A stretch of 64,000 bases of DNA from an uncultured Gemmatimonadaceae bacterium (GTDB lineage Bacteria > Gemmatimonadota > Gemmatimonadetes > Gemmatimonadales > Gemmatimonadaceae): positions 1 to 64,000 of the forward strand of contig CAWFQK010000001.1 of assembly GCA_963817955.1 (NCBI GenBank), in the 5' to 3' direction. A program made the translations under genes and the position numbers. The notes below the pieces were generated by a model. It ran no database searches. It was not told where the DNA came from and saw nothing but the letters and a program-made list of their open reading frames with translations. Within the stretch, counting starts at the first letter, position 1. Each line of letters starts with the position of its first letter. This document shows, piece by piece, positions 57,290 through 64,000 of the stretch.

Positions 57290-58369
57290 TCAGTCGCCAA
57301 AGCTGATGCCCGTCGCTCTTGCGGTCAGCACAATGTCGTGGGATGGATCGACTCGCTTGGGCTGGCGGAGCGCCTCCTCGATCGGGATCGTCACGATGTG
57401 CGGCGATTGTAGGGCGACCATCTGTCCCCATTTCTCGTCGGCCACCGCACGTACCGCAGCCCCGCCAAAGCGTGTGGCGAGCAGACGATCGTAACCAGTC
57501 GGCATTCCGCCGCGCTGCAGATGGCCGAGCACGAGCGAGCGCGTCTCCTTGCCGCTGATGCGCTGGATCTCCCGCGCCACCGTCTCGCACACGCCGCCAA
57601 GGCGGCGTGATTCACCGGGCAACGAGTCGCCGATGAGCGATACTTTGCCGCCCGCGGGAAAAGCGCCCTCGGCGACGACGACGATGGAGAAGTGCCGGCC
57701 CGCGCGATCGCGGGCCATGATCTTCTCACACACCTTCTCGATGCTGTACGGAATCTCAGGAATGAGAATGACGTCGGCAGTCCCGGCAACGCCAGCGTTC
57801 AGCGCAATGAAGCCCGTGTCACGCCCCATCACCTCTATCACGATCACGCGATCGTGCGACTCGGCGGTGGTGTGCAGCTTGTCGATGGCGTCGATGGCGG
57901 TGTTGACGGCCGTGTCGAACCCGAACGTCGTGATCGTGCCGCTGACGTCATTGTCGATCGTCTTCGGCACGCCGACGATCTTCATCCCCTTGTCGCAGAG
58001 CAACTTGGCGATGGTCAGCGAGCCGTCACCGCCAATGGCAATGAGTGCATCGATACCGAGTCGCCGCGCGTTTGCGATCAGTTCGTCCGAACGATCCTCC
58101 TCCACCACGCTGCCATCGGCGCACTTGCGCGGGTAATGGAACGGGTTGCCCCGATTCGTCGTCCGCAGGATCGTGCCGCCGAGGTGCGCGATGCCGCGCA
58201 CGGAGTCCTTGGTGAGCGGCACGACTTCGTCTTCGCCCATCAACCCGGCGTAGCCACGCTTGATCCCGAGCACGTCCCAGCCGCAATTGATGGCGGAGAG
58301 CACGGCGGCGCGAATGACAGCATTGAGCCCGGGAGCGTCGCCGCCGCCGGTGGAAATGGCAATTCTCAT
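57290..58369 (-). CDS. pfkA: 6-phosphofructokinase (PfkA, group III-like)
   Basis: TGGGDAPGLN, GGTIL, GGDGS, PKTIDND, EVMGR, LGHLQRGG. Confidence 0.95.
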   Translation of the reverse strand: MRIAISTGGGDAPGLNAVIRAAVLSAINCGWDVLGIKRGYAGLMGEDEVVPLTKDSVRGIAHLGGTILRTTNRGNPFHYPRKCADGSVVEEDRSDELIANARRLGIDALIAIGGDGSLTIAKLLCDKGMKIVGVPKTIDNDVSGTITTFGFDTAVNTAIDAIDKLHTTAESHDRVIVIEVMGRDTGFIALNAGVAGTADVILIPEIPYSIEKVCEKIMARDRAGRHFSIVVVAEGAFPAGGKVSLIGDSLPGESRRLGGVCETVAREIQRISGKETRSLVLGHLQRGGMPTGYDRLLATRFGGAAVRAVADEKWGQMVALQSPHIVTIPIEEALRQPKRVDPSHDIVLTARATGISFGD

Positions 58370-58415
58370 GGCAGAAACTTCGGCGGCAGCGACGTCAGAT
58401 CCAAGGGCTGACAGT

Positions 58416-58643
58416 TCACCATCGCTGTTCCAGCAGCCGAACGATCTCTCCCGGCTCGGCGTGCCGTTTGGCCTTCGATTTCTCGAATACGGGTTCGCCG
58501 TCGGCGAGCACCTCGAACCGCCCGCCGCTTGACGGAATCATCTCGATCTGGGCTTCGGGAAAGCGTTCACGAATCTCGGCCGCCAGCCTGGAGGCCCGAG
58601 GTTCGTAGTTTCATATGGTGCAGTATTCAATGGAGAGATGCAT
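58416..58643 (-). CDS. Selenoprotein W-like (Rdx family) protein, CxxU, 75 aa
   Basis: MHLSIEYCTI-TGA-NYEPRASRLAAEIRERFPEAQIEMIPSSGGRFEVLADGEPVFEKSKAKRHAEPGEIVRLLEQRW; in-frame TGA at 58613-58611. Confidence 0.9.
58569..58606 (-). promoter_or_regulatory. Bacterial SECIS-like hairpin
   Basis: ACGAA-c-CTCGG-gcctccaggctggcgg-CCGAG-a-TTCGT, starting 4 nt after the UGA, with a G-containing apical loop. Confidence 0.7.
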
Positions 58644-58701
58644 AGGTAGCTCGTGGTTGATTGTTCGGTGCGTCTGCGTCTGGAGCGTCTACGTCCGGTC
58701 C

Positions 58702-58935
58702 CTACTTGGTCGGAATGTGGTTCACTTCGGCGATTCGCGCGATGACCGTATCCTGGTGGGCGACGACCTGGCGAAGGGAATCGACGTTCGCCTGGACCTG
58801 CGCGACGTCGTTCTTCAGGTCGCCGATCTGGGTAGCGGCGTCGTTGAGGGCCTGGATCATGTTGGCCTCAGCGCGCGGATTGGTGCAGGCCGAGAGCAGC
58901 AGTGCGGCAGAGAGCAGTAGGCGCGTTGGGCGCAT
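58702..58935 (-). CDS. Small coiled-coil lipoprotein
   Basis: Lipobox LSAC; heptad helix. Confidence 0.75.
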   Translation of the reverse strand: MRPTRLLLSAALLLSACTNPRAEANMIQALNDAATQIGDLKNDVAQVQANVDSLRQVVAHQDTVIARIAEVNHIPTK

Positions 58936-59018
58936 GGCGAGCGAAAGTGAAAGTGAAAGAGGTTGCTCGATGCAAAATGGTGCTGAGTTATAGCCCCGTC
59001 GAGCTTCTTTTGCGACGC

Positions 59019-59438
59019 ATGCGCCGGGCATTCACACTTCTCGAGCTCACCGTTGTCACCACGATCGCCGGCCTGCTCATGGCGATGGCCTTGCCGCACC
59101 TTGCCGGGCTCCGCAACAGTGCGGCGGTTCGCAGCGCCATGAGCGATCTGGGCGCCACGTTCTTCCAGGCACGGCAGCTGGCGATGGGGCGGCGGCTGGC
59201 TGTGGCGGTGGTGTTCGACACGGCCCACGGCACCGTCGAGCTCAGGGCAAATCGCCGACTTCTTGTCCGGCGAACCCTGAAGTCGACATACGGGATCAGT
59301 CTTGGTGCCAACCGCGATTCGGCGGTGTATGACGCGAGGGGACTGGGCTATGGTGTGTCTAATATCACCGTTACGGTTCGGCGCGGTGAATACACCGACA
59401 CGTTGACCATGGCGCGGCTCGGCCGCGTGAGGTGGTGA
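59019..59438 (+). CDS. Type IV pilin-like/pseudopilin (FimT/GspH-like)
   Basis: Prepilin motif RRA-FTLLEL plus a hydrophobic helix; ARQLAM, YDARG. Confidence 0.85.
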   Translation: MRRAFTLLELTVVTTIAGLLMAMALPHLAGLRNSAAVRSAMSDLGATFFQARQLAMGRRLAVAVVFDTAHGTVELRANRRLLVRRTLKSTYGISLGANRDSAVYDARGLGYGVSNITVTVRRGEYTDTLTMARLGRVRW

Positions 59439-59558
59439 CAAGTGCTTATTCTGCCGATGTTTCGTCCCATATTTCGGATGGGATAGCACCACAGCCGATC
59501 ACCGCGGGCAAAGCCCGATGTGACGTTCGCCGGACGGGGGTGGGTTATAGAGCCAGAG

Positions 59559-60098
59559 ATGAGCGACGATGCAGCCGACGTTCAACGCGTGTTGGCGGGA
59601 GACGCTGATGCATACGCCGCACTCGTTGACCGGTATTACGATCGGTGTGCTCGATTCGCGGTTCGCATGTTGGGAAGCCGCGACGACGCGGAAGATGCGC
59701 TGCAAGCCACCTTCTTGCGGGCGTATCGGGCACTTGATCGGTATCAGGAGCGCGATCGATTCAGTGCGTGGCTGTATCGGATTCTGGTGAATCAGTGCCG
59801 GAGCGTCGCCGCGCGCCGCGCGCATCGTGATCGGGTGTTTGTACGCGAGGAAGCATTGCTGCTGAATGCACCGGATCTGTCGGTGTCGTGGTCAGCGGAA
59901 GACGAGGAATATGTTCAGCGCGTGCTCAATGAGTTGGACCCGTTGTTGCGAGAAGCATTTCTGCTGAAGCACATCGAAGAGTTGAGTTACGAGGAGATGT
60001 CGGCGTTGACCGGTGTTGGAGTCTCCGCGTTGAAGATGCGTGTCAAGCGCGCGTGCGATCGGCTGCGCGAAAGGTGGGAGCGGATCAAGGATGATTGA
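59559..60098 (+). CDS. ECF RNA polymerase sigma factor
   Basis: DAEDALQATFLRAY, FSAWLYRILVN, LSYEEMS..TGVGVSALKMRVKRA. Confidence 0.93.
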   Translation: MSDDAADVQRVLAGDADAYAALVDRYYDRCARFAVRMLGSRDDAEDALQATFLRAYRALDRYQERDRFSAWLYRILVNQCRSVAARRAHRDRVFVREEALLLNAPDLSVSWSAEDEEYVQRVLNELDPLLREAFLLKHIEELSYEEMSALTGVGVSALKMRVKRACDRLRERWERIKDD

Positions 60099-60687
60099 CT
60101 CGAATCAGGACTCGCAGGACACATATATCGAATGGCTCGCCCGTGAGGCACGCCGCCCGGTCGCAACTGACCCTGCGGCGCGTGCGCGCATCATGGCGGC
60201 TGTTCGCATGGAGCCCGTCCCGCATCGCCACCACGGCTTCTGGGCGCGGCTCGGCGAGCCACGCGCGTTCTCCTTGAGTCCCGTCGGCAGCGTGTTGCTC
60301 GCGGCCGGCCTCGTCGGCATCGGAGTCGTTGTCGGCGGGATCACGAATAACCGGGACGGCCGTCAGGCCGGGCAACCTTCGGTTGCTGTTGCTCCGCAGC
60401 TCCCGGTTTCTGACACGGTCGTCAAGTTTGTCTTCATCGCTCCGCAAGCCGGACAAGTCTCGGTGGTTGGTGATTTCAACGGCTGGGATGCGACGAAGAC
60501 GCCCATGGTTCGCGCAGCAAACAGCGGACTGTGGACGGTGGCATTGCCACTGACGGCTGGTCGCCATGTGTACGCGTACGTCGTTGATGGTTCCTGGAGT
60601 GCCGATCCGAGCGCGCCGCTCGCGCCCGATGATGGGTTCGGCCATGCCAATTCCGTCAAGATCGTTCGGAAAGGATCTGCGCTGTGA
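60091..60687 (+). CDS. Putative anti-sigma factor with a C-terminal CBM48 (glycogen-binding, AMPK-beta-like) domain
   Basis: Overlaps the sigma gene; one TM; AGQVSVVGDFNGW, GLWTVALPL..GRHVYAYVVDG.W..DP, DDGFG..NS. Confidence 0.85.
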   Translation: MIDSNQDSQDTYIEWLAREARRPVATDPAARARIMAAVRMEPVPHRHHGFWARLGEPRAFSLSPVGSVLLAAGLVGIGVVVGGITNNRDGRQAGQPSVAVAPQLPVSDTVVKFVFIAPQAGQVSVVGDFNGWDATKTPMVRAANSGLWTVALPLTAGRHVYAYVVDGSWSADPSAPLAPDDGFGHANSVKIVRKGSAL

Positions 60688-61376
60688 TTCCCGACGTCGG
60701 ACTCTTTCGGATCCCCTCATTCTTCCGCCGCACGGTGGGACTGTCCATTCCCACAGTCGCCTTCGTGTTGGCGACTGCGTTACCGCTCGCGGCGCAAGAC
60801 CCCGATCCGTTCGCTCGCCTCGAGCCGAACGTGCGGTTCTCCATCGAGTTGCTCATGGACTCGGCGGCCTCCTCGGGGCTTCCCGCGCAGGCGCTGCGGT
60901 CCATGGCGCTTCAAGGCATCGCCAAGAAGGCGGATGGCAAGGACATCCTCAGGGCGGTGCACAAGGAATTCATTCTGCTGCGCGTCGCCCACGCCACGCT
61001 TGGCTCGGTGGACGCGGGAGAGCTCTCGGCGGCGGCGGCCGTTCTGCAGGCAGGCGCCAAGCAGAACCAGCTCGCGGCGTTCAAGGGCCGGCAGAAGGGT
61101 CGCAACGATCTCGAGGCATTCACCGTGTGGGCCGACCTGATCACACGGGGAGTTCCCAGTGAAGATGCGTCCTCAGCCATTACCAAGCTCTGGCAGGACG
61201 GGGCCGATGACGAAACGTTCCTCAGCTTGTGGAAGAACGTACAATCGGACATACTCCAAGGATTGAATCCGGGCGCTGCACTGCAGAACCGGATCCGGGA
61301 GACCCCCACCCCCGGGCGGACACCACCAAAAGTTTCGCCGCCCGCGGGGCAGCAGGAGAACCAAAGCTCGAGATAA
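60684..61376 (+). CDS. Exported helical hypothetical protein
   Basis: Signal-like segment ending PLAA-Q; GTGA overlap with the upstream gene. Confidence 0.7.
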   Translation: MIPDVGLFRIPSFFRRTVGLSIPTVAFVLATALPLAAQDPDPFARLEPNVRFSIELLMDSAASSGLPAQALRSMALQGIAKKADGKDILRAVHKEFILLRVAHATLGSVDAGELSAAAAVLQAGAKQNQLAAFKGRQKGRNDLEAFTVWADLITRGVPSEDASSAITKLWQDGADDETFLSLWKNVQSDILQGLNPGAALQNRIRETPTPGRTPPKVSPPAGQQENQSSR

Positions 61377-61377
61377 A

Positions 61378-62664
61378 ATGGACGAGCCGAAGGTCGCCAT
61401 CCTGATACTTGCTGCAGCGCTGCTGGTTCCCGTGAGAGGGGAGCTTGCAGCGCAGATTGTCTCCAAGGTGGAGGCCGGGCAGTACACAGTATCGAGCGGT
61501 GCCCTTCCGGTGAGTGCGTTGCGCTTTGCGCCCACCGTCCAATTCGAGGCGCCCTATACCAAGATCACGGCGCACGGCTCCGCGCTCGTCACGGAGCAGA
61601 ATCTCCAGCTCGCCGATGGCATTGTTTCCGGCACGTTCACGTCGCCTACTGTTTACGGTGTCCGCGCCGAGATGATCGGCAATGCTAGCCGAGCGATGGA
61701 TGATCGCTCGCTGGGCACCGATCAGGTGGACGTCCAGACACGCGTGCATGTGCTCTTTCACCAACACGGCGGCGTCTGGTTCGGCGGCGGAGTGGCGCGG
61801 CCCTGGCGTGTTGCCGTGATCTCGTCGGCCGACCTGACCGACGCCGGTGCCTGGGCAAAAATGGGCGGCGCAACGTCCAGATTCGGCGCTGCTACGTTGA
61901 CCGCCACATTCACGAATTTCTCGTTCACGAAAGTGGCTTCGGTCACTGACAGCGGAATTACATCGTTGTCGTGCGCGACTGGTTCCCTGACGCCCGATGT
62001 CAGCAGCAACAGTGTCCGTCCGCTGTTCGTCGAAAGCGTCAATCCGAGTGCGTGCGAGCGGCAGTCTCGATTCGGCGACCTCGAGGGGTCGGTCCATTGG
62101 GAGATCGGCGTCATCGAGCTGAATGCCCAGGTCGGCCGACGCTTCGGCGACTCATACGACGTGACGCCAGACTCCCGTGAGTGGAGCGCCGCGAGCGCGA
62201 CGATCTGGCTCAACGACCGAATCGCAATCGTCGGCGGCGGTGGCCGTCAGCCCGCACTACCCTTGCGCGGACTTCCCGCGCGGAGCTACGCCATGGGCGG
62301 CATCGAGCTCGCCTACTGGCCGATATCGAGGCCAGCGAGCGTTCCAGTTTCCCTGCCGCGCGCAGCGTTGTTGAAGAGCTTCGAGGTACGCCCTGCTGCG
62401 ATGGGCATGCAGAAGCTCACCATTCGCGTGGGCGGTGTGGAGACGGTAGACGTCATGGGCGACTTCAGCGATTGGAGCCCGCTCACACTGGCCCGCAAGG
62501 GACGCGACCTGTGGGAGCTGTCTATCCCCCTGTCAGCTGGCATGCACCAAATCAACGTGCGCGTCGATGGCGGTCCGTGGATGGCCCCGCCGGGAATCCC
62601 GTTGATGCACGACAACTTCAATGGTGATGTGGGGCTGATCGTGGTGACCGGGGATAGGCTGTAA
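61378..62664 (+). CDS. Exported beta-rich protein with a C-terminal CBM48 glycogen-binding domain
   Basis: Signal peptide, amphipathic strands, VDVMGDFSDW...LWELSIPLSAGMHQINVRVDGGPW..DNFNG. Confidence 0.8.
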   Translation: MDEPKVAILILAAALLVPVRGELAAQIVSKVEAGQYTVSSGALPVSALRFAPTVQFEAPYTKITAHGSALVTEQNLQLADGIVSGTFTSPTVYGVRAEMIGNASRAMDDRSLGTDQVDVQTRVHVLFHQHGGVWFGGGVARPWRVAVISSADLTDAGAWAKMGGATSRFGAATLTATFTNFSFTKVASVTDSGITSLSCATGSLTPDVSSNSVRPLFVESVNPSACERQSRFGDLEGSVHWEIGVIELNAQVGRRFGDSYDVTPDSREWSAASATIWLNDRIAIVGGGGRQPALPLRGLPARSYAMGGIELAYWPISRPASVPVSLPRAALLKSFEVRPAAMGMQKLTIRVGGVETVDVMGDFSDWSPLTLARKGRDLWELSIPLSAGMHQINVRVDGGPWMAPPGIPLMHDNFNGDVGLIVVTGDRL

Positions 62665-62681
62665 GGCCTGGACGAGGTTCG

Positions 62682-63056
62682 TTACCGTCCATCGCCCGTC
62701 AGTTCCGACCAGCGATCCACCGCTCGCCGCATGTGCGGAATGACGATCGACCCACCGACGATCAAGCCGATGGACAGCGTTTCGAAAATGGCGTCGCGAG
62801 CCACTCCCTCCTCGGCGCAACGCACCAGGTGATACGTCACGCAATCGTCGCAGCGTAGCACCAGGGATGCGACGAGTCCCAGCAGCTCCTTCGTCTTCAC
62901 GTCCAACGCGCCCGCCTCATAGGCACGGCCGTCGAGTGCGAAGAAGCGGTTGATCACGAGATTGTCTTCGCCGAGTATCTCGGCGTTCATCCGCTCCCGA
63001 TACGCGCGAAATTCGGAGAGTGCGTTGCCATGGGCGTGATCGGTGGTATCGCTCAT
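62682..63056 (-). CDS. Carboxymuconolactone decarboxylase/AhpD family protein
   Basis: ALDVKTKELLGLVASLVLRCDDCVTYH. Confidence 0.9.
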   Translation of the reverse strand: MSDTTDHAHGNALSEFRAYRERMNAEILGEDNLVINRFFALDGRAYEAGALDVKTKELLGLVASLVLRCDDCVTYHLVRCAEEGVARDAIFETLSIGLIVGGSIVIPHMRRAVDRWSELTGDGR

Positions 63057-63667
63057 TGTTTCCAGCTCCTCAGGGTGTCGAGCGTCTGTTCGACTGCCAG
63101 CCGCTGTGCCGGGTGCTCTGCCTCGGCGAGCAAGCCTTCGTACGTGGCAATGGCCAGTTCGAGCGCCACCGGATCCTCCTCGTCGTTCGCCAGGCTGGTG
63201 GCGTTGTCAGCCAGCGCCGCGCGCGCCAGCTGATCGGCGGGAAAGTGCTTCGTCACCTCCCGCCAGCGATCGACGCGCTTACGCAGATCGCTTTCCGCGA
63301 GTGCCCACATGTGCCAGGCGCCCCGGTTCTCAGGGTCGATCTGCTTGGCCCGCGCAGCGAGTTGCCCGACGACAGCCGGGCCGCGCCCCGTGAGCCAGTA
63401 CGAATTTGCCAATACCACCATCGCCTGCGCGTCGTTCGGCAACTCGCCAACGATCCGCTCGTACAACGGAATGATGACTTCGGGCATCTCGCGGTACGAC
63501 TGTGCAGCCGTCTCGAGGGCCTCCGGTGCTGTTCGACTGGCGAGCGCCTTGAGCCGGTCGAGGAGAATTCCCAGGTCGCCGGAACGTTGGTATTCCTCCA
63601 CGTAGGAGGTCAGTTCGTGCGAGGGATCAGACACGGGATCGAGATACGGGATTGAGACACGGGACAC
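63053..63667 (-). CDS. Helical (TPR-like) hypothetical protein
   Basis: All-helical pattern; overlaps the AhpD-like start; its own start lies within the heptamer array. Confidence 0.7.
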   Translation of the reverse strand: MSRVSIPYLDPVSDPSHELTSYVEEYQRSGDLGILLDRLKALASRTAPEALETAAQSYREMPEVIIPLYERIVGELPNDAQAMVVLANSYWLTGRGPAVVGQLAARAKQIDPENRGAWHMWALAESDLRKRVDRWREVTKHFPADQLARAALADNATSLANDEEDPVALELAIATYEGLLAEAEHPAQRLAVEQTLDTLRSWKQ

Positions 63668-63726
63668 GGGACACGGGACACGGGAAACTCACAACGCATA
63701 ACGCACCACTGGAAACTCGAAACTCG
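63656..63726. repeat. Heptamer repeat cluster
   Basis: GACACGG x4 (63656-63683), then GAAACTC, ACAACGC ATAACGC and GAAACTC x2. Confidence 0.85.
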
Positions 63727-63862
63727 CCGACCGGCGGGCCGGTCGGTACGGAGCAGCCAGCGACATCCAGCCAGACTAGAGGCCGGAGTCCAATCTCGCT
63801 GTACCGGCCGGCGGGAGTGGCCGGCAAACCACGCCCCCCCGCGCGACGATTATGGAGTCGCG

Positions 63863-64000
63863 TTAGCCATCGCGGAGCTTGTCGCGCAGCGCATCTACGC
63901 GCGCCAGGAGGGCCTTGGGGTCGGGTGGTGTGGCCGCCACGACCTGTTCGAGGGCCACGAGGATCTCGCTGTTCAAGCTGCGGCGATGCTCGGCGGGGCG
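63863..64000 (-). CDS. Arc/FitA-like ribbon-helix-helix protein (3' part; not in the ORF track)
   Basis: ...RPAEHRRSLNSEILVALEQVV...ALLARVDALRDKLRDG*. Confidence 0.75.
   Translation of the reverse strand, partial: RPAEHRRSLNSEILVALEQVVAATPPDPKALLARVDALRDKLRDG

Noticed and set aside
59460..59476. TTTCG direct repeat as a second SOS box
   Set aside because: 12-bp period rather than 11, and the downstream genes are not DNA-repair genes

Overview
This is a GC-rich, gene-dense bacterial chromosomal window. Gene content and style (TonB C-terminal proteins, Gly/Arg-rich S9 peptidases, membrane Ser/Thr kinase, several ECF sigma operons) suggest Gemmatimonadota, which is an inference. Core content: cyclophilin, dicarboxylate symporter, cold-shock gene plus rpsU, three ECF sigma/anti-sigma operons (one with three DUF4097 genes, one with two CBM48 glycogen-binding proteins), an imuA-imuB-dnaE2 mutasome, two S9 peptidases, two gamma-glutamyltransferases, msrB, an xdhC-iscU-mocA module, ispH, sthA, a HrpB-like helicase and pfkA. 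Less obvious items: (i) a selenoprotein W-like gene (CxxU, in-frame TGA plus SECIS-like hairpin) at 58416-58643 that the ORF track misses; (ii) a ~4.6 kb integrase-less array of integron-cassette-like units (48750-53320) with two families of attC-like repeats, higBA, hicBA and several broken cargo genes; (iii) a candidate direct-repeat SOS operator over the imuA promoter; (iv) dispersed GACACGG heptamer arrays; (v) a candidate structured RNA at ~27330-27540. No CRISPR array, tRNA, rRNA, integrase or transposase was seen. All family calls come from recognising motifs by eye; no database search was run.
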